Assembly: GCA_045046875.1 (NCBI GenBank)
Contig: JASFYY010000050.1
Location: 32,001-96,000, forward strand
Direction: 5' to 3'
Length of the DNA stretch: 64,000 bases
Source of the DNA: Verrucomicrobiota bacterium
Lineage (GTDB): Bacteria; Verrucomicrobiota; Verrucomicrobiia; Verrucomicrobiales; DEV007
Shown here one piece after another: positions 18,558-28,539 of the stretch; position 1 is the first letter of the stretch, and each line of letters starts with the position of its first letter. The notes below the pieces were generated by a model. The model searched no databases, was not told the DNA's origin, and worked only from the letters and a program-made list of their open reading frames with translations. The position numbers and the translations under genes are program-made.

Positions 18558-18941
18558 ATGACAGATAATTACGAAGCCGTTTTATTGCAGTTCTTGCTGG
18601 CAGCGGGATTTGCCGGAGTGACCTTGTTGATTTCCGTCTTGCTCGGTCAGCGGGCGAAAAGCAACAAACTGAAGGACAGTGCTTACGAGTGCGGCATGTT
18701 GCCGGTGGGTGATGGTCAGTCGCGTTTCAGTGTGAAATTTTATCTGGTGGCGATGTTGTTTGTATTATTCGACATTGAAGTGGTGTTTTTCTACCCTTGG
18801 GCGGTGGTTTTCAGGGATTTATTGGAAGAGACCGAGACCAAAATGTTTTTCTGGAGCATGGCGAGTTTTGCCGGCATTCTATTTGTTGCTTATCTATACG
18901 CGCTTAAAAAAGGCGCGCTCGATTGGAAGCCCCGCCATTGA
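18558..18941 (+). CDS. nuoA: NADH-quinone oxidoreductase subunit A (stand-alone)
   Basis: KDSAYECG, RFSVKFYLVAMLFVLFDIEVVFFYPWAV, KKGALDW. Confidence 0.96.
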   Translation: MTDNYEAVLLQFLLAAGFAGVTLLISVLLGQRAKSNKLKDSAYECGMLPVGDGQSRFSVKFYLVAMLFVLFDIEVVFFYPWAVVFRDLLEETETKMFFWSMASFAGILFVAYLYALKKGALDWKPRH

Positions 18942-19021
18942 CATTTGACTCGGGAAACCGTCAGTATAGGAGATTGTAAGGATGGTTGCTGGCGAGCGAC
19001 TGTTGTAATAACTTTCCTCCC

Positions 19022-19339
19022 GTGGTTCATTTTATCGCACTCTACAAATTGAAAGCCGATCTGCCAGAAGGCCGAACGGAACAGATGATACGCCATAGTC
19101 GCAGTCAGTTGTTAAAGATTCAAGAGGTGTTGAATGTGAGATCAGGGGTGCGTATTCACGAGGAGTGTGAATGGCCTTTTTTTCTAGCGATTGATTTTGA
19201 GAACCTCGACAAGCTGGAGATGTTTCGCGAGGATCCGGTTTTGCTAAAGTTCGCCCAGGAGGTGATTCAGCCGAATACCAGCGACTGCATGGAATGTGTC
19301 TATGAGATGGAGCCGGGCAAGGACGTCAAATACTCCTGA
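19022..19339 (+). CDS. Dabb family (stress-responsive alpha/beta barrel) protein
   Basis: VHFIALYKLK...LLKIQEVLNVRSG...LAIDFENLDKLEMFREDP pattern; GTG start assumed. Confidence 0.7.
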   Translation: MVHFIALYKLKADLPEGRTEQMIRHSRSQLLKIQEVLNVRSGVRIHEECEWPFFLAIDFENLDKLEMFREDPVLLKFAQEVIQPNTSDCMECVYEMEPGKDVKYS

Positions 19340-20658
19340 AGACAATCGACGAAGTAGCGCAGTTCGTCTTCGTTGATGTCGAAAGGAGGCACGAGAGAGA
19401 GCACGTTGCCTGCGGGCGAGGCTGAGAGGGTGATGATGCCTTTTTTCAGTGAGTGAACCACAAAGGCTGAAGTCGCGGCGCGGTCGGGTTGGCCGTTGGG
19501 GGTGAGGATTTCCACTCCTAATAATAAACCACGACCGAGGATTCGGCCGCGTGAGGGCAGGTCGATTTTCTCGAGCAGCTTGGTGAACAGGGCGCCGCGT
19601 TGTTGCACCTGTTTTGCCAGATTGGACTTGCTGTGCAGGTCGAGCGCAGCCAGGGCCATGGCGCAAGCAGGGGGGTTGCCGAGGTGGGTGGTGGTGTGGA
19701 TGGCTTCACCATCAGAGGCGGGCCAGGCACGATCCATCAGTTCGGCGGTTCCGACACAGGCGGAGAGAGGTAGTCCGGAAGCGAGGCTTTTGCCAAGACA
19801 GATCAAGTCGGGGATGGTCTGGTTGGCTTCGCAGGCAAACAGGCTGCCGCAGCGGTTGAGGCCGGTGAGGATTTCATCTGCGATCAATAAGGTGCCGGTA
19901 TCGTCGCAGATTTGTCGTAATAGGGGAAGGAAGCCCGGGGGCGGAACGACTTTGCCTCCACGGCCTTGGATCGGTTCTAACAGGATGGCTCCGATGGGGT
20001 TCTGCTCGATTTTTTTGCGCAGTGCTGTTTCCAGGGTTGTTAATTGTTCGAGGCAGTCAGGGCTGCAGGGGAGTTTTTGTTCGCAAAAGCATTGAGGAAA
20101 GGGCAGGGGATGACCGAAATCGGAGAGCTGGGCGGCAAAGGGGGCGCTGAAACGGTGCATGGCGCCGGCGGCGAGGGTTCCGTAACCTAGGCCGTGGTAG
20201 GCATTTTCAAACGTGATCACGCCGGGTTTTCCACTAGCGAGCAGGCTGGTTTTGAGGGCGGCTTCGATGGATTCAAAGCCGGTATTGCCGAGGATGACTT
20301 TAGCGGGGCCTTGCCCCCAGCGTTCAAAGGTGATTTGGCTGATTTTTTCACAAAGCCGGACTTTGAGCTCGGTGGGATGGACGTCGCCCATGCCGTGAAT
20401 CAACTGGTCAGCTTGGTTTTTCAGGGCGGAAAGCACGGTGGGGGGGGAATGGCCAAGGCCACTGACGCCAAATGCGCTGGTGAAGTCGAGCAGGCGGTTG
20501 CCATCGACGTCCCAGACATTAGTGCCGCTGGCACGCTGCCAGAAGACTGGAAATTCCGAGTTCATGAAGGTCACGTTGCGGCATTCGTGTTGCGTCAGTC
20601 TCGCGGCGAGGTCGAGGGACTTGGGGCCGGGGATGGCAGTCTGGATGTCGGGCAGCAT
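19300..20658 (-). CDS. Class III PLP-dependent aminotransferase (GabT/ArgD-like)
   Basis: WDVDGNRLLDF, AYHG, LEPIQGRGG, LIADEILTGLNRCG, PDLICLGKSLASG (PLP lysine). Confidence 0.92.
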   Translation of the reverse strand: MLPDIQTAIPGPKSLDLAARLTQHECRNVTFMNSEFPVFWQRASGTNVWDVDGNRLLDFTSAFGVSGLGHSPPTVLSALKNQADQLIHGMGDVHPTELKVRLCEKISQITFERWGQGPAKVILGNTGFESIEAALKTSLLASGKPGVITFENAYHGLGYGTLAAGAMHRFSAPFAAQLSDFGHPLPFPQCFCEQKLPCSPDCLEQLTTLETALRKKIEQNPIGAILLEPIQGRGGKVVPPPGFLPLLRQICDDTGTLLIADEILTGLNRCGSLFACEANQTIPDLICLGKSLASGLPLSACVGTAELMDRAWPASDGEAIHTTTHLGNPPACAMALAALDLHSKSNLAKQVQQRGALFTKLLEKIDLPSRGRILGRGLLLGVEILTPNGQPDRAATSAFVVHSLKKGIITLSASPAGNVLSLVPPFDINEDELRYFVDCLQEYLTSLPGSIS

Positions 20659-20880
20659 GATCGGTGGTGATGTCGGGAAAGGTGGAAACTAGCTCTATCG
20701 CGGTCGATCAAATCAGGCAAGTAAGAATCGTTTTACATGATCGGGCATTTTTGATACGCTGAACGAAGTAGGGATTCACAATGGCGAGCTGAGAGGGCTT
20801 TAAGCGCCTTCGCAAATGGGCTGGCAGCGATTGTTGATCTGAGTGGTGAAGTTGGATTAATATTGGGAAAAGGAGAAATT

Positions 20881-21525
20881 ATGAGAAAAATATCAAAATG
20901 GTCGAAAATAAAAAGCCTCGCAGCAGGCATGATGATGGCGGGGGTCATGGGATCGGTCGCGGTCGCGGGATCGGGCAATTTACAGAAAGTTTTTAATGAT
21001 GCCAAGGCGGATTATGATGCGGGAGAGTTTGAAAAGGCAGCAATCGGGTTCCGCAAGGTGCTGAAATACCAGCCGAGTTATGTGTATGCGCGCAAGTATT
21101 TGACCCAGACGGAGGCGATGCTCAAAAAGGGCAAAACGGTGGTCACGCTGGAAACTAAGTTGGCTAAGTTGCAGGTGCCGAATGTGAATTTTGATAACGC
21201 TAGTTTGGGCACCGTGTTGACTTATCTGTCTCAAAGGTCGGAGGAAATTTCCGAGGGCAAGGTGATTGCGAACTTTATTTATAAAGGACCGCGGGAGGAC
21301 AAGGACTCAAAAATGGTGACCTTGAAACTGGGCAGTGTGCCGATGACGGAAGTCATTCGTTATGTCGGGCAGTTGACTGGAACCAAGTTCAAATATGAGG
21401 AATACGCCGTGGTGGGAGTGCCTGCAGTTGATGTCGCTAGAGCCGAGGTGAAGCTGGAGCAAGGGGCAGCGGTTTCTAACAAACCGAAATTTGATGATAA
21501 ACCCAAAGACCCCTTTGCTAAATAG
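20881..21525 (+). CDS. Secreted TPR-like + STN-like domain protein
   Basis: Signal peptide; TPR-like AKADYDAGEFEKAAIGFRKVLKYQPSY; STN-like VPNVNFDNASL...VTLKLGSVPMTEVIRYV. Confidence 0.6.
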   Translation: MRKISKWSKIKSLAAGMMMAGVMGSVAVAGSGNLQKVFNDAKADYDAGEFEKAAIGFRKVLKYQPSYVYARKYLTQTEAMLKKGKTVVTLETKLAKLQVPNVNFDNASLGTVLTYLSQRSEEISEGKVIANFIYKGPREDKDSKMVTLKLGSVPMTEVIRYVGQLTGTKFKYEEYAVVGVPAVDVARAEVKLEQGAAVSNKPKFDDKPKDPFAK

Positions 21526-21653
21526 TGGAAGGTCGTAGGACAAATTTTCATATTTGTCCGTGGGTCTGCCGTTGCTGTTAAATAATGTAGTTGGAGTGAG
21601 GGCGAATCGAGGGTGACAGAATTGAAATTCTATCCCACGGCTTTTAAAAATCA

Positions 21654-22313
21654 GTGAAGTCAAAAATTGCTCTGATCACTGGAGGCGGGGGAGATCTCGC
21701 TTTGGAGTTGCGAAGTCAACTACTGGCGGCGGGCTACGAGGTGCTTGCGCCCACCCGGGTGCAACTGGACGTGAGCGATGCGGATGCGGTGGACTTGTTT
21801 GTGAAAGAGCATGAGCGCATTGATTTGTTGATCAATAATGCAGCAGTGACGGCGGATCGGCCCATTTCGCGAATGAGCGAAGTTGAATGGGATCATGTGC
21901 TGGATGTGAATGCCAAAGGGGCATTCCTCTGCGCCAAAAGTGTTTTGCGCAAGATGCTGCGTCAGCGATGCGGGCATATTATTAATATAAGCTCGTATTC
22001 TGCACTGCGGCCTCCTGTCGGGCAGGCAAATTATGCGTCGGCGAAGGCGGCTTTGATTGCTTTGACGCAGAGTTTGGCGGAGGAGGCAGGTGGTCGGAGC
22101 GTCCGGGTGAATTGTGTGTTGCCGGGGTTTCTGGAGACTAAAATGACGAAGCGGGTGAGTGATAGCGCGCGTGAGCGAGCGAAGCAGGCTCATGTTTTGG
22201 GGCGTTTCAACTGTGTTTGCGATGCGGCACGGTTTATAGTGTTCTTGGACACTATGGAGGCGGTATCGGGTCAGGTATTCCAACTGGACAGTCGCCTGCG
22301 ACCATGGTGTTGA
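21654..22313 (+). CDS. SDR family oxidoreductase (FabG-like)
   Basis: TGGGGDL, LLINNAAV, GQANYASAK, NCVLPGFLET. Confidence 0.9.
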   Translation: MKSKIALITGGGGDLALELRSQLLAAGYEVLAPTRVQLDVSDADAVDLFVKEHERIDLLINNAAVTADRPISRMSEVEWDHVLDVNAKGAFLCAKSVLRKMLRQRCGHIINISSYSALRPPVGQANYASAKAALIALTQSLAEEAGGRSVRVNCVLPGFLETKMTKRVSDSARERAKQAHVLGRFNCVCDAARFIVFLDTMEAVSGQVFQLDSRLRPWC

Positions 22314-22421
22314 GGGGGCAGAAAAGGCGGTGTAAATAAAAATTTTCCGTCATGGAAAATATCGCTTGCCGAATCAGCCAAGCTGTGGAAACTTTGCGCC
22401 CCTCTCAACCGAGGCTAAGCG

Positions 22422-22736
22422 ATGGCATACGCAATTTTTAAAACAGGTGGTAAACAATACAGGGTCTCCGAAGGCGACAGCATAGATGTGGAGAACATCG
22501 ACGCTGAAATCGGCGCTAATACTTCTTTTTCTGAGGTATTGATGCTCAATGACGGAACCAGCACAACCGTGGGTGAACCTTTTATCAATGGAGCAACTGT
22601 CGAAGCCGAAGTGGTCGATCAGCACCGTGATAAAAAAGTGATCGCCTTCAAATTCAAACGACGTAAAGGTTTTCACAAAACCAAAGGTCACCGCAGGCAT
22701 CTGACACGTTTGCAGATCAAGAAGATCTCGGCATAA
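22422..22736 (+). CDS. rplU: 50S ribosomal protein L21
   Basis: MAYAIFKTGGKQYRV...KFKRRKG...GHR. Confidence 0.98.
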   Translation: MAYAIFKTGGKQYRVSEGDSIDVENIDAEIGANTSFSEVLMLNDGTSTTVGEPFINGATVEAEVVDQHRDKKVIAFKFKRRKGFHKTKGHRRHLTRLQIKKISA

Positions 22737-22803
22737 AACGCTTCAAATTTCAGGCGGGTTGCAAAACTTTAGCGCTGAACGCAAATCTTAACTATTTTTA
22801 GCA

Positions 22804-23055
22804 ATGGCTCATAAAAAAGGACAGGGAAGTATTAAAAACGGTCGCGACAGTAACGCGAAGCGCCGTGGGGTGAAAAAATTTGGCAGCGAAAAAGTGATCG
22901 CCGGCAACATCATCATTCGTCAATGTGGCACCAAATGGCAGCCCGGTGTGAATGTGGGTCTGGGAAAAGATTATACGATTTTTTCACTGGTGGACGGAGT
23001 GGTTCGTTTTGACCGCAACGGTCGACGGGTGAACGTTGATGCGGTGGAAGCGTAA
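22804..23055 (+). CDS. rpmA: 50S ribosomal protein L27
   Basis: [16 protein letters not shown]...[11 protein letters not shown]; follows rplU. Confidence 0.98.
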   Translation: MAHKKGQGSIKNGRDSNAKRRGVKKFGSEKVIAGNIIIRQCGTKWQPGVNVGLGKDYTIFSLVDGVVRFDRNGRRVNVDAVEA

Positions 23056-23091
23056 GTTTTTATCTCTATGGTCTTTTGACCGCAAAGATTT

Positions 23092-23119
23092 ACAGCAGGC
23101 TTTAGCTTGCTGTTTTTTT
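23092..23119 (+). terminator. Intrinsic terminator of rplU-rpmA
   Basis: ACAGCAGGC-TTTA-GCTTGCTGT followed by a T tract. Confidence 0.8.
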
Positions 23120-23199
23120 GTGCCTTGGGAATAAGGCTGATAAAATTTATTCTAGTATTCTAGCTTTGCGAAATCGTTGAGCTTGTGAAAGTGTGACTG

Positions 23200-23652
23200 A
23201 TGTTTAATGTTGTTTTGATCGAACCGGAGATCCCGCCGAATACCGGTAATATCGGTCGTTTGTGTATGGCTGCGGGCGCACGGTTACACTTGGTCGGGCC
23301 GCTCGGATTTTCCCTCGACGACCGTTCACTGAAACGTGCGGGGTTGGATTACTGGCCTGAACTCGATTTATCCCAGTGGCAATGTTTTGAAGAGCTGCAA
23401 ACTGCTGCGGATGATTCGGCGGCTTTTTATTTCTTAACAACCAAGTCGGATAAGGCTTACTGGGAGGTGGATTTTAACGATAACGATTATATTGTTTTTG
23501 GCCCTGAAACCCGGGGGTTGCCGCAGTCTTTACTGGAGGAATACGAATCCAACGCATTAACGATTCCGCAAAAAAAAGGCCGCAGTTTAAATTTGGCCAC
23601 TTCAGTTGGCATTGTTCTTTACGAGTCCGTTAGGCAGCTGAGCAGCTCTTAA
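23200..23652 (+). CDS. trmL: tRNA (cytidine(34)-2'-O)-methyltransferase (SPOUT)
   Basis: PEIPPNTGNIGRLC, LKRAGLDYW, FGPETRGLP, RSLNLATSV. Confidence 0.95.
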   Translation: MFNVVLIEPEIPPNTGNIGRLCMAAGARLHLVGPLGFSLDDRSLKRAGLDYWPELDLSQWQCFEELQTAADDSAAFYFLTTKSDKAYWEVDFNDNDYIVFGPETRGLPQSLLEEYESNALTIPQKKGRSLNLATSVGIVLYESVRQLSSS

Positions 23653-24042
23653 TGATCCGATTTGGGCATTAGGTCCTTGAGTCGTATTTAGTTAAGAATG
23701 ATTTTTACACTTGCCAAGTGTGATTTTTTTCTGTAACAACGATTTCTATAGACCGCACTATTATTCTGACAAAATCAAAAACAAATACCGAGAAGTTAAT
23801 TCTCAGGAAAAATCCTAGTTCACAGGTTAATGTTTCTGGGCGATATAGCGGCGACGGGTGTGTTGGAGGGGGCGGGGGAGATTCTCAAATTGTGATTGGA
23901 TCCGCTAGGGCTAACGATGATCTGGTCGGGTGTTTCACATGTTGTGAGCATGCGTGGAATGATAAAATTTTAGTGTGAAAAGATATATAGAATTTAACTG
24001 ATCCCCAACAACAAGGCCCTTTGTGGCGAAAACAAAGCAACT

Positions 24043-24471
24043 ATGAAGAAAAAGACAGCAAGGAAAAAGGCAGCTCCGAAAAGGAAAGCCGTAAAGAGAT
24101 CCGCAGCTCCTAAAAAGAAAGCAGCTAAAAAGAAAGCAGCTCCTAAAAGGAAAGTGGTGAAGAAAAAAGCAGCTAAGAAAAAAGCAGCTAAGAAGAAGGC
24201 GGCTCCTAAAAAGAAAGCTGTGAAGAAAAAAGCAGCCAAGAAAAAAGTAGCTCCTAAAAAGAAAGCAGCAAAAAAGAAGGCAGCTAAGAAAAAGGCGGCT
24301 CCTAAAAGGAAAGTTGTGAAAAAAAAGGTGGCTAAGAAAAAAGCAGCGCCTAAGAAGAAGGCGGCAAAAAAGAAAGCCGCCCCTAAGAGGAAAGCAGTGA
24401 AAAAAAAGGCAGCTAAGAAAAAAGCAGCGCCGAAGAAGAAGGCGGCTAAAAAGAAAGCTCGTAAACGTTAG
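24043..24471 (+). CDS. Histone H1-like Lys/Ala-rich protein (Hc2/AlgP-like nucleoid protein)
   Basis: Almost entirely KKKAA / APKRKVV repeats; about half Lys; no acidic or aromatic residues; synonymous codon variation between repeats; strong terminator follows. Confidence 0.85.
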   Translation: MKKKTARKKAAPKRKAVKRSAAPKKKAAKKKAAPKRKVVKKKAAKKKAAKKKAAPKKKAVKKKAAKKKVAPKKKAAKKKAAKKKAAPKRKVVKKKVAKKKAAPKKKAAKKKAAPKRKAVKKKAAKKKAAPKKKAAKKKARKR

Positions 24472-24494
24472 ATCGAATTAATTAACTCGATTAT

Positions 24495-24533
24495 AACCCG
24501 GAACTGACGAGAGAGTCGGTTCCGGGTTTTTTT
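24495..24533 (+). terminator. Intrinsic terminator
   Basis: AACCCGGAACTGAC-GAGAGA-GTCGGTTCCGGGTT followed by TTTTT. Confidence 0.88.
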
Positions 24534-24612
24534 GTCAGTTGATCTAATTTACAAGGTTACTCTCGGAGCACTTGTTTTACCGAGCTTGAAAAATTTTAAA
24601 AGCTGTTAATGA

Positions 24613-25980
<1,368 letters not shown>

Positions 25981-26023
25981 CTTGTATCAGGTCAGTCGGT
26001 AAAAAAACAGAGGCAACAAAAAA

Positions 26024-26314
26024 TTATTTATTGTCTTTTTTGGAGTGAAACATGGCGAGCATACGGTCGGTGACCATGTAGCCGCCTACAACATTGATTG
26101 TAGCCAATACCAGGGCGATGAAGCCGAGGATGACGCCCATTTTCCCATCGGGGTCAGTTGCTCCGGAGGCAATGATCGCACCTACAATGGTGATGCCCGA
26201 GATGGCATTAGAGCCTGACATCAGCGGGGTGTGTAGCTGTGAGGGGACTTTCTGGATCAGTTCGAAGCCGAGGAAGGCGGCGAGCACAAAGATAAAGAGG
26301 AGGAGCATTAACAT
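26024..26314 (-). CDS. pntA: NAD(P) transhydrogenase subunit alpha, part 2 (membrane)
   Basis: VPSQLHTPLMSGSNAISG...NVVGGYMVTDRMLAMF. Confidence 0.95.
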   Translation of the reverse strand: MLMLLLFIFVLAAFLGFELIQKVPSQLHTPLMSGSNAISGITIVGAIIASGATDPDGKMGVILGFIALVLATINVVGGYMVTDRMLAMFHSKKDNK

Positions 26315-26354
26315 GATGAGAAGATGTCAGGAATTAAAATGAAGCGGTAAGCGG

Positions 26355-27479
26355 TTAAGAAGTGAAACGTTCGTGGACGATTTTTCCCCCGTGAGTGATG
26401 ACGCAACCTTTGAGCAGTTCGTCTTCGAGGTCGATGGGGAAAGTTTTGCTCTCTTCGTCGAGAAAGTGTTCCACCATGTTAGTGATGTTTGAGGAATAGA
26501 CCTGGGTTGCGTTTTGTGGAACCAAACCCTCATAATTGGTCAGTCCGATCAGGGTGACGCCTTTGTCGGTGGTAACTTCTTCGCCGGCGACTACTCCTTC
26601 GACATTGCCGCCGCCTTCAGCAGCGAGGTCAATGATCAGGCTGCCGTTTTGCATTTGGGCTACGACATCTTTTTTGATCAGCACTGGTGGTTTGCGGCCG
26701 AAAACTTTGGCGGTGGTGATCACCACATCGGACTGGGCGCAGACCTTGGCTTGCGCTTCGATCTGGATTTTGATCTGTTCAGGAGTCATCTCCTTGGCGT
26801 AACCGCCTTCACTTTTGGTTTCACCGAGGTCGATGCGCAGGGCTTTTGCGCCCAGGGACTCGGCTTGTTCGAGGGCTTCTGGCCTGACGTCAAAGGCGGT
26901 GACCCGTGCTCCGAGGCGTTTGGCGGTGGCGATCGCTTGCAGTCCGGCTACGCCGATGCCGAGGATGAAAAATTTGGCCGGAGAGATGGTGCCTGCTGGG
27001 GTCATCATCATTGGCAGGATGGTTTTCATGCGGCTGGCGGCGAGAATGACAGAGGCGTAGCCTGCCAAGTTGGCCTGCGAACTCAGGGCGTCCATTTTTT
27101 GGGCCAAGGTGGTGCGCGGAAGCATTTCCAGACTGATGGCAGTGGCATCGGCTTTGGCAAACGCTTTAATCAGGCTGGATTCATTAAAAGGGTCGAGGAA
27201 GCTGATGTGGATGGCGCCTTTTTTGAGTTTGGCGATTTCATCTGCCGGAGGTTTGCGTACCCGGACGACGATGTCGGCGTCCGCCAGAGATGTTTTGCGA
27301 TCGCTGGAGATTTCTGCTCCAGCTTCACGGTAATCTTCGTCTCTATGCCCGGAGGAGTCTCCTAGGCCTGATTCTATGATCACCGTAACTCCAAGGGTAG
27401 AGAGTTTCTTTGTGCCGACGGGGTCCAAGGCGGCTCGGGTTTCGTCGGGGTCCGTTTCTTTTGGCGCGAAGATTTTCAT
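26355..27479 (-). CDS. pntA: NAD(P) transhydrogenase subunit alpha, part 1 (NAD-binding domain I)
   Basis: PKE...ETRAA, PRTTLAQKMDALSSQANLAGY, GVAGLQAIATAKRLGA, DLAAEGGGN. Start set at ATG 27479. Confidence 0.95.
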   Translation of the reverse strand: MKIFAPKETDPDETRAALDPVGTKKLSTLGVTVIIESGLGDSSGHRDEDYREAGAEISSDRKTSLADADIVVRVRKPPADEIAKLKKGAIHISFLDPFNESSLIKAFAKADATAISLEMLPRTTLAQKMDALSSQANLAGYASVILAASRMKTILPMMMTPAGTISPAKFFILGIGVAGLQAIATAKRLGARVTAFDVRPEALEQAESLGAKALRIDLGETKSEGGYAKEMTPEQIKIQIEAQAKVCAQSDVVITTAKVFGRKPPVLIKKDVVAQMQNGSLIIDLAAEGGGNVEGVVAGEEVTTDKGVTLIGLTNYEGLVPQNATQVYSSNITNMVEHFLDEESKTFPIDLEDELLKGCVITHGGKIVHERFTS

Positions 27480-27575
27480 GAAATAAGGAGCACTGATCGT
27501 CTCAGAGGAAAGTAACCTATCAAGCTCAGGCAAAGTGTCGAACGGAATTTTTTGTCTATGCTGGTATTTGCTACA

Positions 27576-28397
27576 TCAACGAGATTTGTTTTCCTCGCGG
27601 TTGACGTTGCTAGGGAAGGACTGGGTGTAAGCCTGGTCTTTTGGACTGAGGGTTTTTATCTCTACTTGCCACTTTTCACCTGCGGCGGATTTCAGAGTGA
27701 CGGACGTTCCATTGCGTTGCACAAACTGGGCGAAAAATTTCTGACCTTTGTGGTTTTTCCACTCTCGGTAACCTCTGGTTTTCAGCATTTTTCTTTTTAG
27801 GGAAATTTCAACAAGCTGGGCGTCGGTTACGGCTTTGAGGTTTTTGAAATAATCGACTGGACGCCCACTGTGGTAACCAGTGATCTGGTTGATCACATGC
27901 CCGTTGGGGTCGAAAAAAAGTAGGACTGGCAGTCCGCTGACTTTGAATTTTTCTTTTAGTTTGCGTAGGGCATCAGGAATTTCTAGTGGATCCCGTGGGT
28001 AGTCGAGGTAACAAAGGACCAGATTTTTTTTGGCGTAGCTGTTGAAGGTTTTGGATGAGATCACTTCGGAGCTGAGATCTTGGCAGATGGTATTCCACTG
28101 CGCGGTGAAAAGCAGCAGCATCGGTTTTTGTTTGGCTTTGGCGATGGAGAAAGCTTTGTGGGGATTGCGTTCCCATACCGCTGCATTGGGATCTGTGGGG
28201 ATGTTGGGTTGAAGAGGGATTTTGTCAGGGATGACCCCTGAACGTTTGATCAAGCCATTGGCATCGGGCACTGGGGTAGCTACGATGGGCTGGCGGGTTT
28301 CCTGGGCTTGAAGCAGGGCTTGGGGCGACATCGGGCCGGTCACCGATAAAAAGGAAAGCAGGACAAGGAACTGGCAATGGCGGTTGGAAAAATGCAC
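27576..28397 (-). CDS. Secreted thioredoxin-fold protein with C-terminal SHD1-like domain
   Basis: KPMLLLFTAQWNTICQDL (degenerate CxxC), cis-Pro region GLPVLLFFDPNG; C-terminal REWKNHKGQKFFAQFV...VTLK...LSPKDQAY. Confidence 0.75.
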   Translation of the reverse strand: MHFSNRHCQFLVLLSFLSVTGPMSPQALLQAQETRQPIVATPVPDANGLIKRSGVIPDKIPLQPNIPTDPNAAVWERNPHKAFSIAKAKQKPMLLLFTAQWNTICQDLSSEVISSKTFNSYAKKNLVLCYLDYPRDPLEIPDALRKLKEKFKVSGLPVLLFFDPNGHVINQITGYHSGRPVDYFKNLKAVTDAQLVEISLKRKMLKTRGYREWKNHKGQKFFAQFVQRNGTSVTLKSAAGEKWQVEIKTLSPKDQAYTQSFPSNVNREENKSR

Positions 28398-28539
28398 GGA
28401 TGAAAAATATAAACAAGCAGAGATTGAACTTAACTTGGATCCTGTAGGAAATGGGGGGGAATGATACTTGGAGAGGGGCTTGAATTAATGCTGAAGAGGA
28501 TGTGTATTGGGGATTGTAGCAGCTCATCGAATAAGCGAT

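Noticed and set aside
19300..19339. 40-bp convergent overlap of the Dabb and aminotransferase genes
   Set aside because: Short 3' overlaps are common; nothing indicates a regulatory role.
23820..23951. 43-aa minus-strand ORF (MLTTCETPDQ...) upstream of the H1-like gene
   Set aside because: No recognisable motif, RBS or terminator; length is compatible with chance.
23994..24239. Antisense Phe/Ala-rich ORF
   Set aside because: Mirror of the Lys/Ala repeats of the H1-like gene.
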